34,649 bases of DNA from an uncultured archaeon (lineage in GTDB: Archaea; Asgardarchaeota; Thorarchaeia; Thorarchaeales; Thorarchaeaceae), in the NCBI GenBank assembly GCA_964631415.1, contig CAZVZC010000022.1, positions 1 to 34,649 on the forward strand, read 5' to 3'. Of this stretch, positions 26,957 through 34,649 are shown piece by piece. Position 1 is the first letter of the stretch, and the number at the start of each line of letters is the position of its first letter. The notes beneath the pieces were generated by a model. It was not told where the DNA came from and ran no database searches. It saw nothing but the letters and a program-made list of their open reading frames with translations. The position numbers and the translations under genes are program-made.

Positions 26957-28330
26957 TCAAAACTGGGCGTCGGCCTTGATTGCGGCGATGACACCATCAG
27001 CAGAATTGGCAGCCTGTTGCAGCCCGACACCTTCGCCAGCCGTGTCGGTTCCTACTATGTAGAAACCCTTTACCGGGGTTCGAGGACCTGGACGGTCGAG
27101 CGCCGTCTGGCCGGGGATAAGGGCCGCTCTCGTCGCATAGGAAACCTGCACATGTTCCATCTCGATGTGGTTCAAGATATCGGGGTAGAACTCTGTCAGG
27201 CCATTCCCCTTCATCATCTGTACCTGCTCGTCAACGGTCTTACCCTCTATGAACATCATTGCAATCGCTACGAGTTCCTTTCCCTCAGGAGCGTAAGAAG
27301 GGTCGAAACTGGACAGAGAAACAAGCCATCGATTGGGTCCAGGATACACAATCACACGTGACTTCAGATCACCTATCACAACCTTGTCGAAACCCAGCCA
27401 AAGAGTGATACCTCGAGTCGGTTTCATATGACTCCACTTTTCGAAGAACTGAACCACCTGAGCCTGCTGAGAGTCAACAATGCTTGGCATGGCTGACAAC
27501 GGGATATTGCTGACGACCTTTGAGTGAGGAAGCTCTGTATCGAGTGCTGTAACACTCGACACCCGGCCCTCGCTTTCGACAATCCTCTCGACAGGCGCGT
27601 TCAACACGTAATCGCCATTGATGGTTTCGGCAACTCTCTGTACGAGACCCTCCATTCCTCCGACTGCGACCCCCTCATCATACTCCTCAGACCCGAGGAG
27701 CAGCTTCCTGAGAGACGCCAGTCTTGTCGTTTCCTTGTCTGTGTCTCTGAGTGTCCGAAGAGCCTCATACGCCGACGCCTCACTGATTGGTACGCCAGCT
27801 GCCATGTAGACTGCACTCTGCATGACGTCCAACATCACCGGATTAGTGGCACCTCTCGACTCCATGAAGTGCAAGAACGATTCGTCCTTGTGCTTGCGCA
27901 TCTCGTCCAGTTTCATGGTCTTGATCTTGGCTCCAATCTTCACAAGCGCCAGCCGGCCTCGCATTCCGGTGAGCGGCCACCTAAGCGCCTGACCAATGCT
28001 CGATGGGATGGTCCCCACCCTGTCGTAGACCTGGAAGTACCAGCCCTCATGCAGAACAAACTTCGGTGGAGGCTTCAGGTATTTTGTCAGATATCGAGCA
28101 AATGCGCCCCTCTTGACCCGGGTGATGACATGGAGACCGTGATCAACACGGTACCCATTTACATGGTAGCCGTACCAGACTCCCCCCAGATGGTTCCCTT
28201 TCTCAAGGACGAGGACTCTGTTTCCCTCAGCAGATAGTCCAAGAGCACTGAGCAGTCCACCAGCCCCCGAGCCGGCGATGATTACGTCATACTGTGATGG
28301 ATCAACCCGGTCTATGGATAGCTCTTTCAT
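26957..28330 (-). CDS. FAD-dependent oxidoreductase, phytoene desaturase/amine oxidase-like
   Basis: YDVIIAGSGAGGL...VLEK...LGG, VDHGLH, GGMEGL and RPGPRTPVKGFYIVG. Confidence 0.88.
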   Translation of the reverse strand: MKELSIDRVDPSQYDVIIAGSGAGGLLSALGLSAEGNRVLVLEKGNHLGGVWYGYHVNGYRVDHGLHVITRVKRGAFARYLTKYLKPPPKFVLHEGWYFQVYDRVGTIPSSIGQALRWPLTGMRGRLALVKIGAKIKTMKLDEMRKHKDESFLHFMESRGATNPVMLDVMQSAVYMAAGVPISEASAYEALRTLRDTDKETTRLASLRKLLLGSEEYDEGVAVGGMEGLVQRVAETINGDYVLNAPVERIVESEGRVSSVTALDTELPHSKVVSNIPLSAMPSIVDSQQAQVVQFFEKWSHMKPTRGITLWLGFDKVVIGDLKSRVIVYPGPNRWLVSLSSFDPSYAPEGKELVAIAMMFIEGKTVDEQVQMMKGNGLTEFYPDILNHIEMEHVQVSYATRAALIPGQTALDRPGPRTPVKGFYIVGTDTAGEGVGLQQAANSADGVIAAIKADAQF

Positions 28331-28463
28331 GGGACGCTCCAGCGAGCACCAGCCGAGCCCTCCTTAAGGCTATTCTCATGTGATGGACTCCTTGGGGGTT
28401 GTGAACCACGAGGGTCCGTGATCCAAGGAGACTTCCTGATGTGCACCACGCGCTAGGTACGCT

Positions 28464-29567
28464 CTACTTGAGCTCGATTCGGCTTGATTGTTTGGATGAC
28501 TCGTAAGCGGCATCAACTACCCTGTGAGCTTCCACTGCATCAGCGAAGTCAGGTGAGGACTTCTTGCCCTGCTGGACGGAACTGAGAAAAGAGTAGTTCA
28601 ACGCTGCGTATCTCTCTCCTCCCAGTGCTGTCAGTACATCATTGGCATCTTCTGGAATACTCTTCGAGTCCAGACCGAGTTTCTCAAGAAGAGCGGGGTT
28701 AGCCATCTCTTTGGTGACCTTCACAGAGTCTTTCCCTTGAAGTCGGAACTCCAGATATCGCTCGTCAGAACCCAAGTGAATAGCGATGTAGCCCTTCTCA
28801 AAGAATAACTCAATCATTCTTTCGCTAGGCCGTTCCACCCAATGCCACACTGAATCCAGTGTGCCCACTGCACCGCTCTTGTGGGTCAATATGACTGATG
28901 CATGGTCCTCGACTTCCTTGCCTGCAAAGAATCCCACCTTTGCATAGACACTGCCTACTTCACCGAAGAACCATCGGAACAGGTCGATGTCATGGATACT
29001 GTGTTCAATCAGTGTGCCCCCGCCGGCAGCTTTCCTGTCACCACGCCATTGGCTGTAGTTCATGAAACCCACTGGGAATCTCTGGTCATCGCGAATGTGC
29101 ATCAGCATGGGCGTCCCGAGATCGTGCGTCTGAATCAGGGCCTTGGTATACAGGAGGAATTGGTCGAACCTCAGCACAAGTCCAATACCCGTGGGTACAC
29201 ATGCTCTGCGAGTGACACTCAAGAGATCATTGGCCTGAGTGTATGTGTGCGCAAGAGGCTTCTCGCAGAACACCGGCTTCTTTTCTTTCGCTATGGCACG
29301 AACCATCTCGGGATGAAGATTGGTGGGTGTGCACACATAGGCCACGTCAACATCCTTGTCCGTTATCAGATCTGTGAAGCTTCCGTATCCTTTGGGAATG
29401 CCAAAGAACTCGGTTGCACCCTTAAGAGAGTCCGGATCGCAGTCGCACGCAGCTGCAACATCTACATCCAGCAGACGACACTCTTTCAGCGACAGAATTG
29501 ACAAGAGGTGAGCCTTGCCTATGTTGCCTGTCCCTATCACTCCAACTTGCGTCCGCGACTTCGTCAA
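28464..29567 (-). CDS. Gfo/Idh/MocA family oxidoreductase
   Basis: GVIGTGNIG, CTPTNLH, VFCEKPLA and GGGTLIEHSIHDID. Confidence 0.95.
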   Translation of the reverse strand: MTKSRTQVGVIGTGNIGKAHLLSILSLKECRLLDVDVAAACDCDPDSLKGATEFFGIPKGYGSFTDLITDKDVDVAYVCTPTNLHPEMVRAIAKEKKPVFCEKPLAHTYTQANDLLSVTRRACVPTGIGLVLRFDQFLLYTKALIQTHDLGTPMLMHIRDDQRFPVGFMNYSQWRGDRKAAGGGTLIEHSIHDIDLFRWFFGEVGSVYAKVGFFAGKEVEDHASVILTHKSGAVGTLDSVWHWVERPSERMIELFFEKGYIAIHLGSDERYLEFRLQGKDSVKVTKEMANPALLEKLGLDSKSIPEDANDVLTALGGERYAALNYSFLSSVQQGKKSSPDFADAVEAHRVVDAAYESSKQSSRIELK

Positions 29568-29717
29568 GAGGGAATCACTGGGGCTTCGAGCCTCCCGGAG
29601 TCCTATATGAGGCTTCTGTGATACCGTAGCGGGAGAAATTGATGAAGAGAATAACTGTTATGAGGAGATAGACATTCCCACCAAGCGCCACCAATACGAC
29701 AACTCAGGGATTGTACA

Positions 29718-31523
29718 GTGAGCCCTACCGATGACTCGATTGCCAAGGCCGAGAAGGCACTGGCCAGCGGGGAAAGAGAGACAGCGGCCAGCATATTCAG
29801 TAACGCGGCAGATACACTCGCGTCGAAGGGCTTACACAGCAAGGCCGCGAAGCTCTACGAGCAGGCGGCTTTGATCTACCGTGAGCTGTACAAGGCACCA
29901 GAGTGTTTTGGCGCCATTGAAAAGGCGATACTTATGCTCGTTCGGCAGGGCGCCAGCCCTGAAGCCTATAGCGAGATTGTCCGACTCGGCGCAATTGCGG
30001 CAAACACGGCTGTAGACGCAACCGAGTACAAGCAGGCGGCTGACTTCTACTTTCGGGCCGCAGAGTTCGCAGCATCTGATAAGGAGAAGACGGACTTCTC
30101 AGTGAAGGGTGCAGATGCTCTTGAGGACCTTGCAGACCTACGTGAGGAAGAGCAAGACTTCAGTGAAACGGTGAGTCTGCTGAAGAAGGTCAGCAGGCTA
30201 TACTACTCGTCAGGTGATCCGGAGCTTGGAGAGAGAATAAAGACTCGAGCCGAGCGGGTCGCCCTCAGATGGGCAAAGGACGCGAAAACCAAGGGTGACT
30301 TGGTGTCGGCGGGCAACGCATTGGCCGAAGCTGCACAAATCACACAGACTCGCGGGGAGCCAACTGAAGAAGCGCCTCGACTCATGATGGAGGCAGGTGA
30401 GCTCTATGATGAGGCAGGCCTCTTTGAGAAGGCAGGGAACATCTATGACGCGGCCCAAGAAGCATACGGACTGCAAAGGCTCTCTGGTTCTAAGAAACAA
30501 GCGCTGACCAAGTCTGCCGAGGCCTATCTTAAGATGCAGGGCAAGCCAGAGATAGTGGCCCCGCTCTTGGTGAAGGCCGGGAATATGTTCACCGAACTGG
30601 GAAGCGTGAAAGCGAAGTGGGCGTTCAAGCGGGCGAGCGAGCTTTTTGGTCAACTCGCGGCAAAGGCAAATAGCGAAACCGACCGTGAGGGCGAGATGAG
30701 CTATCTCAGACATCAAGCCATGTGTCTGAAGAGCTGGGGATCTAAGAAGGAGGCTGAGGCCATCTACAAGCGGGTGATGGACTTCTATCTCGCTCAAGCG
30801 AACTCAGAAGAAGCAAAGGGCAATAGGGAACTGGGGGCAGTATCACTTGAGGAGCTTGCAGAGGTTCTCACCGAAACAGGCGCAGTAGACGATGCCAAGA
30901 AGCAGCTTGAGAAAGCGCTTCGTATATACGTGGAACTCGCGGAGGGAAAAAGCGCATCTGATGAGATGGAGGAGGGTTCAAAGTACTACAGCGAAGCCGC
31001 TGACTGTGCGGCAAAGATGGGCGATGATGAAAAACATTCGTCATTCCATCGGATGGCAAGTGAGAGAGCAGCCGATGTCGCCAAACTCTATGAGGAGACG
31101 GGCATGCCTGAACTGGTGACCATGTGGCTCAGAAATGCCGCTACGGAGGCTCTCAGCACGAATCAGGCGGATATGATAGAGAAGGCGATTGAGCTCCTGA
31201 AGCAGTCCGCTGAAGGATTCAGAAAGATAAACGAGAATAACGAGGCCTTTGAAGACCTCTTCAAGGTCTTCGAGGCGGTCTTCATGAACCACCCGGATGC
31301 ACAGGAGCAGATTGCAGGCATCCTAGCAGAGATGGATAGTATAGCGAAGTCTACTCGCAATGATGCTATGACATCACTGATGGCAGTCCTTCGAGCTATC
31401 GAGAAGAGGAGCTACATCGCCGCCCTGCTCACATTGCAGGAGAAGGAGGACGATCTCCTTTCCAAGCGAGAACGGCTCATGAGGCTTGTCGAAAAGGTGA
31501 AGCCTGTCAAGCGTCGCTCCTAG
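29718..31523 (+). CDS. large alpha-solenoid protein with SNAP/TPR-like repeats
   Basis: 601 aa, Ala/Glu/Lys-rich; recurring AAxx[YF]xxAA helices (KAAKLYEQAALIY, QAADFYFRAAEF, KAGNIYDAAQEAY, SKYYSEAADCA). Confidence 0.8.
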   Translation: MSPTDDSIAKAEKALASGERETAASIFSNAADTLASKGLHSKAAKLYEQAALIYRELYKAPECFGAIEKAILMLVRQGASPEAYSEIVRLGAIAANTAVDATEYKQAADFYFRAAEFAASDKEKTDFSVKGADALEDLADLREEEQDFSETVSLLKKVSRLYYSSGDPELGERIKTRAERVALRWAKDAKTKGDLVSAGNALAEAAQITQTRGEPTEEAPRLMMEAGELYDEAGLFEKAGNIYDAAQEAYGLQRLSGSKKQALTKSAEAYLKMQGKPEIVAPLLVKAGNMFTELGSVKAKWAFKRASELFGQLAAKANSETDREGEMSYLRHQAMCLKSWGSKKEAEAIYKRVMDFYLAQANSEEAKGNRELGAVSLEELAEVLTETGAVDDAKKQLEKALRIYVELAEGKSASDEMEEGSKYYSEAADCAAKMGDDEKHSSFHRMASERAADVAKLYEETGMPELVTMWLRNAATEALSTNQADMIEKAIELLKQSAEGFRKINENNEAFEDLFKVFEAVFMNHPDAQEQIAGILAEMDSIAKSTRNDAMTSLMAVLRAIEKRSYIAALLTLQEKEDDLLSKRERLMRLVEKVKPVKRRS

Positions 31524-31626
31524 GAATGGATGGAGCCACCTGGCTTAGTTGATTGATCATCCCGGCGATAGATAGAAGTGTCACCTGTCGAGTGGATGGA
31601 TAGGAGTCATTTCCGGGTGTTGACCA

Positions 31627-32046
31627 TTGCCGACCTATCATTCGACGATATCCCTGAAGTCCAATGGTGACTGTGACATGATTGATGTCACAGCCGAAGT
31701 GGAGAAGCGCCTTGCGGAGAGTAGCATCAGGACGGGAATATGTACAGTCTTCTGCGCAGGTTCGACCGCGGCGGTTACGACAATCGAGTATGAAGATGGG
31801 CTGCTTAGGGACTTTCCTGCTGCCATGGAGAGAGTGGCTCCATCAAACGCAGTCTACGAACATCACCTCAGATGGCACGATGGCAATGGCCATTCACATA
31901 TCAGGGCGTCAGTCATAGGACCAAGCCTGACCATTCCCATAGTAGAGGGGCATCTCTGTCTTGGAACGTGGCAGCAAGTAGTTTTTGTGGACTTCGATAA
32001 CAAACCAAGAAACAGAGAGCTAGACGTCATGCTGCTGGGCGAGTGA
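31627..32046 (+). CDS. YjbQ/UPF0047 family protein
   Basis: GSTAAVTTIEYE, YEHH..WHDGNGHSHIRAS and LGTWQQV. Confidence 0.93.
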   Translation: MPTYHSTISLKSNGDCDMIDVTAEVEKRLAESSIRTGICTVFCAGSTAAVTTIEYEDGLLRDFPAAMERVAPSNAVYEHHLRWHDGNGHSHIRASVIGPSLTIPIVEGHLCLGTWQQVVFVDFDNKPRNRELDVMLLGE

Positions 32047-32316
32047 TCAGACGGAGTCATCATTCGAATCCAGAGACCAAGCCAGTTCGCGAGTTCCTGT
32101 GGGTAGGGGTGTTGAGTCTCTGATTCTCATTGCCAAGTAATGGATGCGAAGAGCGCGACGTAGTCTGAAGACTTGAAATGGAGCGTTCCAGCCGGGCGAA
32201 CTGTCACGATAGCCCACCGAGTCCATGAGGTCATGGATTGTGTCAATCTCTCGTTTGACCTGAGCTTTGATATCATCGATCTCGCGGTCAATCGTGAGAG
32301 TGCTCTTGCCGGTCAT
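32047..32316 (-). CDS. small hypothetical helical protein
   Basis: 89-aa ORF from ATG 32316 that fills the gap between yjbQ and nob1; coiled-coil-like IDREIDDIKAQVKREIDTIHDLM. Confidence 0.4.
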   Translation of the reverse strand: MTGKSTLTIDREIDDIKAQVKREIDTIHDLMDSVGYRDSSPGWNAPFQVFRLRRALRIHYLAMRIRDSTPLPTGTRELAWSLDSNDDSV

Positions 32317-32394
32317 ATCGCCAAACCTCGCACAAAGTGTCACAACGGGAGCTGCACAAATAACAAGCTGTATTCCCCGCGTATTACGCGCCAA

Positions 32395-32919
32395 TCAGGC
32401 TATTCGGCGCTCTTTCACCGCCCACCTACGCATAGCTGTGCCACAGACGGGGCACTCAAGCTCGTCGCCCGCCCGATTCTCGGCGTGGCCGCATGCCGGG
32501 CATCTAAGTCCCCATGTCACTTGGTGACTCATTCTTGAACCTAAGTCCACAACTGTGAGTCCCATGAAAGACGCAGTGTTCAGAAGCGACATATCGCTCG
32601 AAACAATAACGACGGTGAATCCGGATTCCTTCTTTGAGAGGGCCAGAGCTAGCAGCTGGATGTCGTTGTCGGAGAGAGAATGCAAGTCGCCTGTACTGTG
32701 AGCGGTCTCCTTGACCTTGGCAACGTGAAGTGATTCTGGAACTTCCTCTCTGAGTCGGCCAGCAGAGATCAGTGTTTCAGCCCGCCTCTGAGAGGGCCTG
32801 TTGTGCAACTCACTCAGTACAGCGGGGACAGTCACGAAGTCGGAATCCGGGTTCTTCCAAGTCCACGTTGATAGCAGGGCACCGGTATCGAGGACATACA
32901 CCCTCGGCATTGTTGTCAC
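32395..32919 (-). CDS. nob1: NOB1-like endonuclease (PIN + zinc ribbon)
   Basis: YVLDTGALL, TVPAVLSEL, TGDLHSLSDNDIQLLALA, SSD and CPACG...CPVCG; overlaps the nadK stop. Confidence 0.9.
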   Translation of the reverse strand: MTTMPRVYVLDTGALLSTWTWKNPDSDFVTVPAVLSELHNRPSQRRAETLISAGRLREEVPESLHVAKVKETAHSTGDLHSLSDNDIQLLALALSKKESGFTVVIVSSDMSLLNTASFMGLTVVDLGSRMSHQVTWGLRCPACGHAENRAGDELECPVCGTAMRRWAVKERRIA

Positions 32920-33788
32920 CTATACTCCTTGGTAACAAGCCGCGAACGGAGTCGATCATAGTAGCTGTCATACATCCGGATGAAGCGAGTGACACCTTTC
33001 GCCTTCTTCACCCAGACTTTGTCATGGGGGTTGACATCCGATTGCGTCTGACCATCGATGACTACTACCCCAGTGGCACCGGGCTTCACCAGCTCGATCT
33101 CAATCAAGGAGTTGTCAGGAACTACCATTGGCCGGAGTTCTGACATCGGAGAGCAGACCGGCACCACAATCAGAGCACGCACCGAGGGTGACAGGATGGA
33201 GCCGCCTGCTGATAGGGCATAGGCCGACGATCCACTGGGTGTGGATGTCATGATACCGTCTGCTCTGCCATGACTGACGTGCACCCCGTCAATGTATGTC
33301 TTGAATGTCAGCATGCGTCCATGAACCTGTGATGTCACGTACACCTCATTGAGAGCGTCCTCAAACCCAGTCTTTCCCACACCAGACGACAGGTTGATGC
33401 ACCTCTCAACGATGCACTCGCCGGCAAGGACCTTCTCTAGTGAAGACAACGCAGACGCCGAGTCGCTCTCAGTCATGAAGCCAACAGTCCCCAGATTTAT
33501 GCAGAATAGAGGGGTATCCCTCTTGTGCAGCCTAGACAGTGTGTACAACACCGTCCCGTCGCCGCCAATCGGGATGACGAAATCCACGTCCATGTCTTTG
33601 ATGGAAGTCGCATGCGCTTTCTGGTTTTTCAGACTGCCAGAACTGGAATCGACCCTGACATCAATGCCGCGCGAAACAAGGAACTGCGCCATTTCTTCCG
33701 CTAGCTTCTCGCTCTCTACTCGACCTGGCTTCCATACGAGACCCACAGTCCGGCGCTCCGTCAGTATCCGCGGATGCTCCTCAATCAT
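32916..33788 (-). CDS. nadK: NAD(+) kinase
   Basis: IGGDGTVL, INLGTVGFM, ALNE and ADG...STPSGSSAYALSAGG; start probably ATG 33788. Confidence 0.95.
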   Translation of the reverse strand: MIEEHPRILTERRTVGLVWKPGRVESEKLAEEMAQFLVSRGIDVRVDSSSGSLKNQKAHATSIKDMDVDFVIPIGGDGTVLYTLSRLHKRDTPLFCINLGTVGFMTESDSASALSSLEKVLAGECIVERCINLSSGVGKTGFEDALNEVYVTSQVHGRMLTFKTYIDGVHVSHGRADGIMTSTPSGSSAYALSAGGSILSPSVRALIVVPVCSPMSELRPMVVPDNSLIEIELVKPGATGVVVIDGQTQSDVNPHDKVWVKKAKGVTRFIRMYDSYYDRLRSRLVTKEYR

Positions 33789-33951
33789 GCATGCCACATC
33801 CAGACGCCAACTCAACAGTGCCTCCTTAAACTGTTGCTGTTGGGCCTCAATTCAGGGCCAGGGGACCGCTGACTAATGGTATGCGTAAGGTATATGAATG
33901 GAACCAGTCGAGCCTGCGATAATCGTCTGCAAGAATACGATGGTGAAGCCG

Positions 33952-34356
33952 ATGAGCATTAGGAGAGCAGAGGCCAGAAGCCTGAAACCCGGTGGCTATG
34001 TGATGATTGATGACATGCCCTGCAGGATAGTGTCCGTAGAGAAGTCAAAGCCGGGTAAACACGGGGCAGCGAAGATCGACCTCGAAGGTGTAGGCTTCTT
34101 TGACAACAAGAAGCGCGCAGCTATGATGCCTGCAGACCGCATGGTAGATGTTCCTGTCATTGACAAGAGGTCTGCCACAGTAATAGCTTACATGGGTGAG
34201 AATTACAGCCTCATGGACAGTGACACTTTCGAGACGTACGAGATACCAAAGCCTGCAGACCAAGAACTCGTTGCCCAGATCAAGCTCAACAGCTCTGTTG
34301 AGGTCTGGGACGTCATGGGTAAGCGAGTCATCATGCGAGTCAAAACAGAGAAGTGA
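33952..34356 (+). CDS. eif5a: translation factor aIF5A
   Basis: Hypusine motif KSKPGKHGAAK; GGTGA RBS before ATG 33952. Confidence 0.96.
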   Translation: MSIRRAEARSLKPGGYVMIDDMPCRIVSVEKSKPGKHGAAKIDLEGVGFFDNKKRAAMMPADRMVDVPVIDKRSATVIAYMGENYSLMDSDTFETYEIPKPADQELVAQIKLNSSVEVWDVMGKRVIMRVKTEK

Positions 34357-34501
34357 CAGTGCCGGTTGGCGCTATCATCATCTGTCATCATTTTGTAACC
34401 AGATGCGCTGGGATACGGTAGTTGAGTTTCTAGTCCGTTTGACCGGCATCACAATCGCTTGCGAAACTCGCTTGCTGACAGAAACACGAAAACGAGGAAG
34501 G

Positions 34502-34648
34502 TGGTGCGGAGGACGGGATTCTTGGGCCGGGAACTGGAAGTCAGTTCCAGAGAACCCGCGACTCGAGCGTTCTAGCAAGGCTAGGAACGAACCCCTACGA
34601 GATAGGAGCCTGAGTCCTACGCCTTTGACCTGGCTTGGCAACCTCCGC
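34502..34648 (-). tRNA. tRNA-Leu(CAG) with two non-canonical introns (34562-34590 and 34522-34551); CCA encoded
   Basis: Acceptor GCGGAGG/CCTCCGC+ACCA, D-stem GCC/GGC, anticodon arm TAGGA-CTCAGGC-TCCTA and a long variable arm. Removing 29- and 30-nt inserts restores GCGGG-TTCGAAT-CCCGT and an 88-nt mature tRNA. Confidence 0.92.
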
Positions 34649-34649
34649 A

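Noticed and set aside
26884-27030. N-terminal extension of the gamma-subunit ORF
   Set aside because: It overlaps the upstream oxidoreductase; the family N-terminus and RBS point to 26883.
26957-28330. Rab GDI/REP homolog (similar YDVI..G.G N-terminus)
   Set aside because: It keeps the intact GxGxxG FAD motif and the C-terminal TPVKGFYIVG of active flavoenzymes; nothing GDI-specific is seen.
26194-30797. Long opposite-strand ORFs (26194-26820, 26810-27361, 27524-28237, 28902-29501, 30210-30797)
   Set aside because: They are antisense shadows of well-supported genes and have no recognisable motifs.
34360-34448. Possible C/D-box or structured RNA between eif5a and the tRNA (TGCCGGT/ACCGGCA, CATCTG/CAGATG, two ATGATGA on the minus strand)
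   Set aside because: There is no properly placed box D (CTGA), and the short stems could be chance.
34378-34641. 87-aa minus-strand ORF
   Set aside because: It coincides with the intron-containing tRNA-Leu gene.
1-34649. CRISPR arrays, transposases, integrases, rRNA, defence systems
   Set aside because: No repeat-spacer periodicity or diagnostic motifs were seen by eye.

Overview
Gene-dense archaeal chromosome segment, most likely from an Asgard archaeon of Thorarchaeia type. This is inferred from eS26, eL13 fused to a helix-hairpin-helix domain, class I LysRS, a class I CCA enzyme, TrmY, aIF5A, NOB1, a PAC2 chaperone, and Bet3/TRAPPC3-like, roadblock, PCI-like and SNAP-like proteins. Most of the window is housekeeping. 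The standout is a ~5 kb locus (14425-19433) with two copies of a [roadblock-polyPro-tandem winged-helix protein + Bet3/V4R protein] module. The two copies flank a convergent pair of apparently paralogous membrane proteins and are followed by a third V4R gene, which suggests a candidate proto-TRAPP/membrane-trafficking system. Other notable features are a tRNA-Leu(CAG) gene with two non-canonical BHB-type introns, a PfkB kinase interrupted by an in-frame TGA, a SNAP-like/PCI protein, a 601-aa SNAP-like solenoid and a PH-like protein. All product calls come from motif recognition by eye; no database searches were run.
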